Assembly: GCA_022801925.1 (NCBI GenBank)
Contig: JAAWTG010000007.1
Span: 211-64,210 of the forward strand
Source of the DNA: Clostridia bacterium
GTDB lineage: Bacteria; Bacillota; Clostridia; RUG12999
Direction: 5' to 3'
DNA: 64,000 nt
Part shown: one piece after another, positions 48,671 to 57,565 of the stretch
Position numbering within the stretch: the first letter of the stretch is position 1
Layout: each line of letters opens with the position of its first letter
Notes under the pieces: generated by a model
Databases searched by the model: none
Told to the model about the DNA's origin: nothing
The model's input: the letters and a program-made list of their open reading frames with translations, nothing else
Program-made: the position numbers and the translations under genes

Positions 48671-49183
48671 ATGGGAAATTTGACCATGTATAAGGAACTT
48701 TGGACATTTTTGATTTCCATGCTGCCAATTGTAGAGTTGCGTGGCGCGATTCCGGTAGGTTTGGCAAGCGGTATCAATCCTGTTTTGAATTACCTCTTAT
48801 GTGTGATAGGAAACATGTTGCCAATACCGTTTATTTTATTGTTTATCCGTCCGGTATTTCAGCGGTTGAAACAAATTCCACGTGTGCGTGGGACAATCAA
48901 TAAATTGGAAAACAAGGCGCATATGAAATCGGATACGATTAAAAAATACAGTTTTTGGGGATTGGTGGTTTTTGTAGGTATTCCGCTGCCGGGAACCGGC
49001 GGGTGGACGGGTGCACTGATCGCGGCGCTTTTGGGACTGCGGCTGAAACGCTCTCTTCCGGCGATTTTTATTGGCGTTTTACTTGCCGGCGTGATTATGA
49101 CCGCATTGACAATGGTGGTTATGGCGGGGCTGACAGAAGGCATGGGTTTTTTGGACAGCGCACTAAGATGGCTGGTAAAATAA
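48671..49183 (+). CDS. Small membrane protein of the COG2426 'small multidrug export' family
   Basis: LPIVELRGAIPVG, GIPLPGTGGWTGAL, and four predicted TM segments. Confidence 0.68.
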   Translation: MGNLTMYKELWTFLISMLPIVELRGAIPVGLASGINPVLNYLLCVIGNMLPIPFILLFIRPVFQRLKQIPRVRGTINKLENKAHMKSDTIKKYSFWGLVVFVGIPLPGTGGWTGALIAALLGLRLKRSLPAIFIGVLLAGVIMTALTMVVMAGLTEGMGFLDSALRWLVK

Positions 49184-49220
49184 TGACGGTTTTGGTGAGA
49201 ATATAGGAATGAAAGAAACG

Positions 49221-49253
49221 GAACAGTATCATTTTGCGTGGTACTGTTCTTTT
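49221..49253 (+). terminator. Candidate intrinsic terminator
   Basis: 8-bp stem gaacagta / tactgttc with a 13-nt loop, followed by TTTT. Confidence 0.5.
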
Positions 49254-49294
49254 GATTACAGAAGAAATACGGCGGGTAGGGTTTATCCTCCGGC

Positions 49295-50527
49295 ATGACA
49301 GACGCACAATTCAGCAAGCTGGAACGCATGTTTGAAAAGGCATTGGGCAATGAAATAGATAGCGGGGCAGATGGGAAATCTTCTATCATAAAGAGGAATG
49401 GGGAATATATTGTCAATGTAGACAGAGATATTTTCCATGGTGCTCCCAAGAAGGATTATCCCAAGATTTTAAAACAGTGGTTAGATGAAAATTTTGACGG
49501 TGTGGAAATTGCTTCTTTGGTTGACGACGATATATTGACGTTAAGCAAACGAGGCAATAAAGAGTTAGCATATGGAAAAAATACCCAAATACTACCTAGG
49601 GAAAAGAAAATTGTAAAAAATCAACTGTCAGCGCATATTGATGAAGTGGCAAGAGTAGCACAAACACATCATCTTGCACCGGATAAACAGCTTGAATCTG
49701 GAAAATTAAAACATGGAACATTTGCGGAAGATGGGTGGAAGTATAAGGATTTTCTATTCCAAATTAAAGACAACGTGTATGTTGGAAGTTTGAATGTTGC
49801 ACTAAACAAGAATGGTAAATATACTTATGACATCACAAATATTGATGAAGTCACAAATAAAAAAGAGGTACCTACAAGCGAGATTTCCGGTTCAAACGGA
49901 ACTCGCATCGTCATAGGTACCTCTGATACAAATACTATATCACAGAATCAAGATTCTGTCAATAGTAGTATATCAGATTCTGCGCAAAATGATACAGAAA
50001 AACCATCTATGAAAACGTCAAAATTCTATGACAGCACCCAAAATACGGATAATCTGACGCAGGAAACGAAAGACGCGATTGCAGAGCAGGCGGAAGCATT
50101 TGAATATGAAGGAATCAACAATAAAGAAACGATTCAAAAAGCATTGAAGGAATTCCAAAATAATCCGCTGAAAACTGCGTCGCAGTTCCTGTCAACATCT
50201 CCAAAACAGGCAAGAACGGTTGACATAGCGAAAGGATTCGTCTTGCTGCAAAAATATCAGGAAATGGGCGAATACAGTTCTGCGGTAGAGGTCGCAAAGA
50301 AACTGCGCGAGATTGGGACGCAAAAAGGGCAGGAGGTACAGGCGTTTTCTATTCTGAACCGCTTAACACCGGAGGGAATGCTATATTATGCACAGGGCGA
50401 ACTGGACAGCGCGTTGGAAATTATCGGCGAAAAGAAAGGGAAGGAATGGCTGGACAAAAACAGGGATAAATTCAAATTGACAGATGATGAAGCATATATT
50501 GATATAATCCTAGGCGTACGCATATAA
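49295..50527 (+). CDS. Hypothetical protein, possibly the 5' fragment of a larger mobile-element protein
   Basis: 410-aa ORF with no canonical SD within 12 nt of the ATG. It has a Ser/Thr/Asn/Gln-rich central linker and ends abruptly (…AYIDIILGVRI*) about 90 nt before the next gene. No family recognised. Confidence 0.4.
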   Translation: MTDAQFSKLERMFEKALGNEIDSGADGKSSIIKRNGEYIVNVDRDIFHGAPKKDYPKILKQWLDENFDGVEIASLVDDDILTLSKRGNKELAYGKNTQILPREKKIVKNQLSAHIDEVARVAQTHHLAPDKQLESGKLKHGTFAEDGWKYKDFLFQIKDNVYVGSLNVALNKNGKYTYDITNIDEVTNKKEVPTSEISGSNGTRIVIGTSDTNTISQNQDSVNSSISDSAQNDTEKPSMKTSKFYDSTQNTDNLTQETKDAIAEQAEAFEYEGINNKETIQKALKEFQNNPLKTASQFLSTSPKQARTVDIAKGFVLLQKYQEMGEYSSAVEVAKKLREIGTQKGQEVQAFSILNRLTPEGMLYYAQGELDSALEIIGEKKGKEWLDKNRDKFKLTDDEAYIDIILGVRI

Positions 50528-50620
50528 CAGGAATTGCTGCGCTTTCAGATAAAAGATACATGGACAAAAATTTGTTTTACGCAAAGTTTTAAACGCATTG
50601 TCTATGAAAGGAGAAGCGGA

Positions 50621-51505
50621 ATGTCGCAACGCAAATTTATTTCAAAAGAATTCATTAACAGAGGGTGGTCGTGTGATGAAAAATATTGTGTAACCGCTGC
50701 CGACGGAACAAAATATCTTTTGCGGATAACACCTTTTCGTAAGAGTGCAAACCGCGCGGAAATGTTTCGTATGCAGCAGCAAGTTGCAGCTTTGGGGATA
50801 CCAATGTGCAAACCTGTTGAGATTGGCGCGTGTGACGAAGGCATATATGTGCTTCAGTCTTGGATTGAAGGCGAGGATGCGGAAGATGTTTTACCGCATC
50901 TTGTGAACGCAGAGCAGTATGCACTTGGGATAGATGCCGGTAAAATTTTAAAGAAAATTCATACGATTCCTGCACCGGCTCATCAGCCCGATTGGGAAAC
51001 GCGATTTAATGCAAAAATAGATAGGAAAATCAAACTGTATAACGATTGTCCGGTTCAATATGAAGGCGGAGAAGCATTTATAAATTACATAAACAGTAAC
51101 CGTCATTTGCTTCAAAACAGACCTCAGTGTTATCAACACGGAGATTATCATACCGGTAATATGATGATTGAAAACGGTAAGCTTGTTATCATAGATTTTG
51201 ACCGCTATGATTTTGGCGACCCATGGGAAGAATTTAATCGTATTGTGTGGGCGGCGCAGAAATCACCATTATTTGCTTCAGGTATGGTAAATGGATATTT
51301 TGACAATGATGTGCCAATGGAATTTTGGAATCTTCTTGCACTTTATATTTCGAGTAACACACTTTCTTCTCTTCCATGGGCAATCCCTTTTGGGGAAGAA
51401 CAGGTAAGACTATTTCTTGCACAAGGAAAAGAGATACTATCTTGGTATGATGGTATGCAAAATTCCATTCCCAATTGGTATTGTGAAAGCTATGAAAAAA
51501 TTTGA
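50621..51505 (+). CDS. APH/choline-kinase-family phosphotransferase
   Basis: Brenner motif CYQHGDYHTGNMMI and IIDFDRYDFGDPWEEF. AAAGGAGAAG precedes ATG 50621. Confidence 0.8.
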   Translation: MSQRKFISKEFINRGWSCDEKYCVTAADGTKYLLRITPFRKSANRAEMFRMQQQVAALGIPMCKPVEIGACDEGIYVLQSWIEGEDAEDVLPHLVNAEQYALGIDAGKILKKIHTIPAPAHQPDWETRFNAKIDRKIKLYNDCPVQYEGGEAFINYINSNRHLLQNRPQCYQHGDYHTGNMMIENGKLVIIDFDRYDFGDPWEEFNRIVWAAQKSPLFASGMVNGYFDNDVPMEFWNLLALYISSNTLSSLPWAIPFGEEQVRLFLAQGKEILSWYDGMQNSIPNWYCESYEKI

Positions 51506-51696
51506 CTTTGGTTTTAGGCGTCAATACAGGAATCTGGATGTAGACAATATAGCTGGAATGCCGGAACATAGGAGAGTTCGTGAGATTGGAGCGCTTAGGT
51601 TTTAAAATAGGCGCGCCATATTATTATCGAATCGTTTGAAAGGCAATGATATCATGCAAAACAAGTGCGAATGCAGTCCTATTGATACATAAAAAG

Positions 51697-51739
51697 ATAA
51701 CAAAGCTGTCTCTTTTATCAGAAGAGACAGCTTTGTTAT
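51697..51739 (-). terminator. Intrinsic terminator, with its U-tract on the minus strand, downstream of the LysM gene
   Basis: 17-bp perfect stem ataacaaagctgtctct / agagacagctttgttat. The minus strand continues CTTTTTATG. Confidence 0.8.
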
Positions 51740-51902
51740 GATATAGAGATAAGTGGAGCGCAAAATAAAAGATACAATATGATAATTTCTTTTTCCATAG
51801 GAAACATGTTTGATGTGTTTAGGCATGAAAAGCGGTTCGCAGGTAAAGAATTTGCGAAACATTCTTTGTACTTGGTGCAAATATATTCGGGTGCCCTTAT
51901 GC

Positions 51903-52289
51903 CTACCGCATTTGTTTTGCACTGCATTGCTGCACTGCATAAATTGGCACGGAAAGTTTTTCGCCTGCCACGATTTTAGTATCATCCAAATTGTTGTGCT
52001 GCATGATTTCCCACATGAATCCGCGAACATTTTCATCAGGACTATATTGTTCGGCAATACCCAACAATGTATCGCCATAACGAACCGTAATGGTTTCGTA
52101 GTGGGTCAAGGTTTTGAGTTGAACCGGTGCGTCCGCTTGTGCGTGAAAGGCAAGGGTTCCAATTAAAATGCAAAGCAAAACAACGCCAAGAATAAAACAG
52201 ATGAAACGGGGATAACAAATCGTAATACGTTTTCTGCGTCTGGGTTTTTGCACCGCAACCAATTTTAAATTTGCTTGATAGTCTTTCAT
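51903..52289 (-). CDS. Small TM plus LysM protein, YneA-like SOS cell-division inhibitor candidate
   Basis: Basic N-terminus, one TM (ICFILGVVLLCILIGTLAF), and a LysM domain (ITVRYGDTLLGIAEQY...KIVAGEKLSVP). Three LexA boxes lie in its promoter. The start is ATG 52289 or GTG 52301. Confidence 0.7.
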   Translation of the reverse strand: MKDYQANLKLVAVQKPRRRKRITICYPRFICFILGVVLLCILIGTLAFHAQADAPVQLKTLTHYETITVRYGDTLLGIAEQYSPDENVRGFMWEIMQHNNLDDTKIVAGEKLSVPIYAVQQCSAKQMR

Positions 52290-52319
52290 AAGCCATTTCA
52301 CACCATTCTATAAGAAATT

Positions 52320-52372
52320 GAACAAACGTTCCAGAACCTCTGTTCGCATATATTATATCAGAACAAATGTTT
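52320..52372. promoter_or_regulatory. Three LexA (Cheo/SOS) boxes
   Basis: GAACAAACGTTC (52320-52331), GAACCTCTGTTC (52334-52345) and GAACAAATGTTT (52361-52372). All fit GAAC-N4-GTT(C/T). Confidence 0.78.
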
Positions 52373-52380
52373 GTTGTCAA
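52352..52380 (-). promoter_or_regulatory. Consensus sigma-A promoter of the yneA-like gene
   Basis: Minus strand: TTGACA (52380..52375), a 17-nt spacer, then TATAAT (52357..52352). LexA box 3 fills the spacer and boxes 1 and 2 lie just downstream. Confidence 0.75.
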
Positions 52381-52496
52381 GCATTTTTTTTGATATAATT
52401 TTTATTTTTTTGCATGAAATTCCAAAAGCAGAAAAAACTAAGCTTATCTACACAATCCAGTGGCAAGATGAAAGCAAAAACGGCAGGAGGAACAGC

Positions 52497-53468
52497 ATGA
52501 GAACAATTCGGACAGACTTAGCGATTGAAGCACATGAATATTATACGGAAGGCGGAAAAAACGTTCCGGAGGGCGTGGAGTTGCAAGAGACTGAAATAGA
52601 AGGCTGCAACATTACGCAGGTGCGCATTTTATCAGAGCAGGGAGAACAGGCGTTGCATAAACCGCAGGGAGAGTATATTACTGTGGAAATCCGCGATATT
52701 ATGCGTTTGAGTGCGCAGGGGCAGGAGGCGGTTGCCGGCGTATTAGGCAGACAAGTCAAACAATTATTAGAAGGACGAGGGATTCGTGAGGAAGATGAAA
52801 TATTAGTAATTGGTCTGGGAAACTGGGATATTACGCCGGATGCGCTGGGTCCTAAAACCATTTCTAAATTGTTTGTCACGCGGCATTTAGTGGAATATAT
52901 GCCGGAGGTCGTGGAGCAGGGGACACGGTCTGTTTGTGCCATGTCGCCAGGCGTGCTTGGTATTACCGGAATTGAGACAGGTGAAATCGTAAAAGGGTTA
53001 GTGGAACGGGTCAAGCCGAAGGCGGTAATTGCGATTGACGCGTTGGCATCGCGCAGCACAGAGAGGGTAGGCGTTACGGTGCAGCTGTCCGATACCGGAA
53101 TTTCGCCCGGTTCGGGAATCGGGAACCGGCGGAAAGAACTATCGCAGCGGACGCTGGGCGTGCCTGTGATTGCAATTGGCGTTCCTATGGTGGTGGATGC
53201 GGCAACGATTGCTGATGACGCGCTGGATGCAGTGATTGGGAAATTGGGCGAATCCGCGGACAAACAGTCGCCTTTTTATGAAATGTTGAAACGTTTGGAG
53301 GAAGAAGAACGCTATGACCTGATTCGGCAGTCGCTGGGAAGCGGACTGGCGGATATGATTGTGACGCCGAAAGAAATAGACGCTATGATTGAAGAAATTT
53401 CCGATGTTTTGTCAGACGGAATCAACAAAGGAATCTATTCACCGGAATTTTTGCAGCAAGTTTCCTAG
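52497..53468 (+). CDS. gpr: Spore germination protease GPR
   Basis: MRTIRTDLAIEAHE N-terminus, GLGNWDITPDALGP, and the AIDALA block. AGGAGG precedes ATG 52497. Confidence 0.92.
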   Translation: MRTIRTDLAIEAHEYYTEGGKNVPEGVELQETEIEGCNITQVRILSEQGEQALHKPQGEYITVEIRDIMRLSAQGQEAVAGVLGRQVKQLLEGRGIREEDEILVIGLGNWDITPDALGPKTISKLFVTRHLVEYMPEVVEQGTRSVCAMSPGVLGITGIETGEIVKGLVERVKPKAVIAIDALASRSTERVGVTVQLSDTGISPGSGIGNRRKELSQRTLGVPVIAIGVPMVVDAATIADDALDAVIGKLGESADKQSPFYEMLKRLEEEERYDLIRQSLGSGLADMIVTPKEIDAMIEEISDVLSDGINKGIYSPEFLQQVS

Positions 53469-53683
53469 AAACGGTGAAGTACCCGTAGGCAAATGCGGTT
53501 CTATATCAGATTGGATATAGAGCCGCATTTGTTATATGGAAATGTTTGAAAGAAGCGTGGAGGAGAGACAAGCAATGTTTTTTTCTAAAAAGCAATACTA
53601 AAAACAAGCCCTCCCACATATACATATTGATATAGATGAAAATATACGGGACAGGTTGGCTGAAGTATAGACGGAGGGTTACT

Positions 53684-54853
53684 ATGCGAAGGTACAAAGG
53701 AATGACGCGGGCGCGTTTGTGGATGGCAGTTATCATTTGCAGCATGTTTTTAGCAGGTGGTATTTGTGGAACAAAATTGGTGTCCGCGCTAAAGTTGAAA
53801 CTACATCCATACTATGTCGTTTCTGCTGTCACAGACCAAACAGGGCTATATGCACCGTCTGTGAAACAGCAGCCTGGCGTAGGGGAACGGGTGGCGAATA
53901 TTTGTGATGTTCTTTTTGGCGGAAATTTCTATCGTCCGGCAATGGCAATGGCAAGCGCCAGCGGCGTCTATAAAACGGTGATGACGCGAGAGGTGGTTAT
54001 GGCGGCAGAAAAAAGCTATCGAAGCGGGGAAACATTGGTGGAGCAACCATCACAAGAACTGCCGCCTATCAATACCAATCCGCTGGAAAAAACCATCAGC
54101 GCCAGCGGTGGAAATATTAAAGTTTCGGATAAAGTGACAATTAATAATGAAACAACCTATCCGGTAGACGCTGCTGCGATGCTTTCCTCTGAAAAACCGT
54201 TTGCCTTAGCGGAAAAACCGGAGGTGTTGATTGTACATACTCATGCCACGGAGTCCTATGCCCAGTCTGAGCAATATCGGTTTCCCTATACTTCAACAGA
54301 CAGGACGACAGACACAGGATATAATGTCGTACGCATTGGGGAAGAGATTGCAGGAAGTCTGGAGGCGGCAGGAATTGGCGTTGTGCATGACAAATCTTTG
54401 CACGACTATCCTGAATATAACGATTCTTATGCGCGTGCGTACCAGACGATTGCAGCACGTATGAAAGAGAATCCGTCTATTCGTATTGTATTGGATATTC
54501 ACCGCGACGCCATTATTAACAATCAAGGAGAACGGACAAAATTAGTCACAGAAATTGATGGGCGAAAAGTGGCGCAGGTGATGTTGGTTGTGGGCACAGA
54601 CCAGTTGGGGCTCAAACATGACCATTGGCAAACAAACCTAAAATTTGCCTCCATGCTGCAGCAACAATTTCTTGCAATCAGTCCAACATTTGCCCGCCCC
54701 ATTAATTTGCGTACATCGCGGTTTAATGGACATGCTGCCCCGGGGGCGGTTATTATTGAGGTGGGAAGCAGCGGTAATACTTTGGACGAAACATTGGGGT
54801 CAGCTCAATATATTGCAAAGGCGGTTGCAGCAACAATAGAAATGTTACGGTAG
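53684..54853 (+). CDS. spoIIP: Stage II sporulation protein P
   Basis: N-terminal TM, VLIVHTHATESY, VLDIHRDA, and the conserved position after gpr. GGAGGG lies 7 nt before ATG 53684. Confidence 0.88.
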   Translation: MRRYKGMTRARLWMAVIICSMFLAGGICGTKLVSALKLKLHPYYVVSAVTDQTGLYAPSVKQQPGVGERVANICDVLFGGNFYRPAMAMASASGVYKTVMTREVVMAAEKSYRSGETLVEQPSQELPPINTNPLEKTISASGGNIKVSDKVTINNETTYPVDAAAMLSSEKPFALAEKPEVLIVHTHATESYAQSEQYRFPYTSTDRTTDTGYNVVRIGEEIAGSLEAAGIGVVHDKSLHDYPEYNDSYARAYQTIAARMKENPSIRIVLDIHRDAIINNQGERTKLVTEIDGRKVAQVMLVVGTDQLGLKHDHWQTNLKFASMLQQQFLAISPTFARPINLRTSRFNGHAAPGAVIIEVGSSGNTLDETLGSAQYIAKAVAATIEMLR

Positions 54854-54898
54854 GAGGATTTTACCATGGCGAAGTCCGTCATTTTTTACATAAAAAGA

Positions 54899-54927
54899 TT
54901 GACATATCTCAAAAAATGTGTTACATT
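54899..54927 (+). promoter_or_regulatory. Sigma-A promoter with an extended -10, upstream of the 821-aa gene
   Basis: TTGACA (54899-54904), a 17-nt spacer ending TGt, then TACATT (54922-54927). Confidence 0.55.
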
Positions 54928-55012
54928 ATTACCATAGGAGAAGCAGAATTCTTCTCAAAAACAGAAGAAAAGGAGTCATAATAGATATTAGGCAAAGTGT
55001 GGTGAGGGTTAG

Positions 55013-57478
55013 GTGCGTACGATACAAGAAGTTTTCCATGAAAATATTTTTGGGTTGTTTGTCGAATTTTGTCATCGGGAAGGATATGTCTATTTGCAGG
55101 ATTTGAATTCGCTTGATTTCCGCAGACTAAACCATGTGAAGGGAATTGGTAAAGCCAAACGGGAAAAAATTTTGTACCGTTGGAATCTGGAAAAACAAGC
55201 GTCAAAGTCAGGCGGAACAGCGGGTGCTTCCGAAGTGTTTGATGAAATTCATCCGTCGAATGATAAGGTGCCGCTATTGTGCATGAATGATATGGGAAGG
55301 TTTAAAAAGACTGTGGCCGCGCTCCGGCAGCATGGCATCAATACAGCTGGAGAACTTGCGCGGTACCGGCGGGAAGAAATTTACACAAATGAGCCGTCTA
55401 TTTATGAATCTGTGCTGGAGTTGCAATCGCTCCTTTCTCTGCCGGGTGAACAATTGGTGCAGCGTATGCTGGACTATATCAAAGAAAATTATCATTATTC
55501 TATTTTGGTGCAGCGGGCGGCGGGCGTTACCTTGCAGCAGCTCGGAAATCAAATGGACATTACGCGGGAGCGTGTCAGACAGATTGAACAGCGTCTCATT
55601 GAATATGTGAACAATGTCATTGAAGTGGTTTGCCATATTTATCAGGCGAAATACCGTTTTACGGACTATATTTCATTTCGTTCGTTTCGGATTTATTTTC
55701 ATGCGAAAGAGGATTTGGAGGTTGTGAAATATGTGGTTTCCGTGGCGCGCAGAGAGGAATGTTTGAATTTTGCGGATAAGCTGCTGGTGAATGGTATGAA
55801 GGCGGAAGAGGTACTCAGAAAGCTGGAAAAGATTACGGCGAAGCATATCGGTGAAGTGCAGAATTTTTATGAAAAAGTCATGGACATTGACGAAGCGTTG
55901 ACAGCGCGCGGTATCAGCTTTGTGGATTTGGAGGACTATCTGAACTATCTGCTCATGAATGGTTATAAAAAGAGCGGAGACTATGTGTATCGCGGCATTT
56001 CTTCCTATGGAAAATTGTGCGCCGTGGCGGTGAAAAAATATTTTAAAAATGGTATCCGGATTTATGATGATGAACAAATAGAGCGGCTTCGGGAATTGGT
56101 TCATTTGGAATTTGAAGGACTGGAATTGGCGGGCAATAACCGTTCTGTGATGGCGCGGGTCTCCAATTATTTGGTGCTGTGCGACCGCGGAACCTATATT
56201 TCAAAAGACCGCATTAAAATCAATCCGGCGCTGCTGGAAGAAATTTATCAATATATTTTATCCTTGCCGTCATCTACCGTGTTATTTAGTGAGTTATATT
56301 TAAAATTTCAGGAAAAATTGGACGCGCAAAGCAACGTGCATAATAAATATTTTCTGCAAGGCGTCTTGAAATATTATTTTCAAAAGGAATTTAAGTTTGA
56401 ACGGGATTTGATTATCAAAAAAGGCATGGAAAAACAGGAAATCCGTACGCAAATTGCGGCATATATCAAATCGTGCGGACGGCCTGTGCATAAGAATGAA
56501 ATTAAAGAAAAATTCATGGGAACATCGGAGATGGTGATTTTAAACACCAGCTACCGCAACAGCGAAATTTTGCATTGGCAATATAATTATTTTATCCATG
56601 CCGACTTTTTAAAAGTGACGGAAGAGGATCGTGCCATGCTGCATGATGCACTGCAACAACTGTTCGACAAGTTTTCGGGTTATGCAAATGAATATTTGTT
56701 ATATGACTGCGTGAAACAGCAGACAGCGTTTTTGGAGAAAAACAGTATTCAAAATTCAACAAACCTGTTTTATGTTGCGGATTATTTGTTTGCCGGAGAA
56801 TTTCAGTTTAAACGTCCGCATATTGTCCGCAACCGCGAGAAATTTCCGAATTTGAATACGGACGATATTATCCGTGCATTTTTCTTTGATAAAAGTGTTA
56901 TCAGCTATAGCGACTATCTGGAATTTATCAAGGAAGTGCAGCTATCCATGGGTACAAGTTATGCGGTTTTCAAGCATATTGAACAGGACTTGGTGCGGAT
57001 TTCTGAAGATGCGTATATCAAGAAGGAACAATTTCATTTGTGTTCCGAAGCGGTGGAACAAATTTATCAGGTGATTCGCCGGCATATCGGAAAAGACAGA
57101 TATTTACCGATTATTAAAATTGATTTTTATGAAGAATTGCCGGAGATTGGGCTTGCGTGGAATGCTTATTTGATGGAGACGGTATTATATACCTATCCGG
57201 GTGAGGAGTATGTGCTGGTGGCGCCCCATGTGGAAGACCGTCGGTATATTAAAACAATTATAGTACCCAAAGAGAGAAATGTGCGGCGGTTTGACGAGCT
57301 GGTTGCCGCTATTTTACAGGAATTGGGCAGCGGCGGTATCACCCTTTATCAATTTGAAAATTTGTTGATTACAAAGGGAATCATTGGGAAATATTTTCCC
57401 AAAGAATTATATCAATCCAAACTGTTTTATCAGGAGGACGGCAAATTCTATCCTGCCGAAGTGGAGCAGAGTAAATAA
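55013..57478 (+). CDS. Large uncharacterised protein with N-terminal HhH-like motifs, a sigma-70 region-4-like HTH and repeated C-terminal modules
   Basis: LNHVKGIGKAKREKIL and LRQHGINTAGELARY (HhH / alpha-CTD-like). VTLQQLGNQMDITRERVRQIEQRLIEY (sigma r4 HTH). Internal repeats are described in findings. GTG start. Confidence 0.6.
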   Translation: MRTIQEVFHENIFGLFVEFCHREGYVYLQDLNSLDFRRLNHVKGIGKAKREKILYRWNLEKQASKSGGTAGASEVFDEIHPSNDKVPLLCMNDMGRFKKTVAALRQHGINTAGELARYRREEIYTNEPSIYESVLELQSLLSLPGEQLVQRMLDYIKENYHYSILVQRAAGVTLQQLGNQMDITRERVRQIEQRLIEYVNNVIEVVCHIYQAKYRFTDYISFRSFRIYFHAKEDLEVVKYVVSVARREECLNFADKLLVNGMKAEEVLRKLEKITAKHIGEVQNFYEKVMDIDEALTARGISFVDLEDYLNYLLMNGYKKSGDYVYRGISSYGKLCAVAVKKYFKNGIRIYDDEQIERLRELVHLEFEGLELAGNNRSVMARVSNYLVLCDRGTYISKDRIKINPALLEEIYQYILSLPSSTVLFSELYLKFQEKLDAQSNVHNKYFLQGVLKYYFQKEFKFERDLIIKKGMEKQEIRTQIAAYIKSCGRPVHKNEIKEKFMGTSEMVILNTSYRNSEILHWQYNYFIHADFLKVTEEDRAMLHDALQQLFDKFSGYANEYLLYDCVKQQTAFLEKNSIQNSTNLFYVADYLFAGEFQFKRPHIVRNREKFPNLNTDDIIRAFFFDKSVISYSDYLEFIKEVQLSMGTSYAVFKHIEQDLVRISEDAYIKKEQFHLCSEAVEQIYQVIRRHIGKDRYLPIIKIDFYEELPEIGLAWNAYLMETVLYTYPGEEYVLVAPHVEDRRYIKTIIVPKERNVRRFDELVAAILQELGSGGITLYQFENLLITKGIIGKYFPKELYQSKLFYQEDGKFYPAEVEQSK

Positions 57479-57488
57479 AAGACAATGA

Positions 57489-57528
57489 AAAATGGAACAA
57501 GCCGGCAAAAGCCGGCTTGTTCCATTTT
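57489..57528. terminator. Bidirectional intrinsic terminator
   Basis: aaaatggaacaagccggc / gccggcttgttccatttt: an 18-bp stem with a 4-nt loop. Confidence 0.9.
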
Positions 57529-57565
57529 GTATCTCCGGATGGTTAGATAAAAAACATCAATATGT

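Noticed and set aside
51602-52078. 158-aa minus-strand ORF overlapping the 3' part of the LysM gene, and 51736..51927
   Set aside because: It overlaps the LysM reading frame, which has a recognisable domain, runs through the terminator hairpin at 51697-51739, and has no SD.
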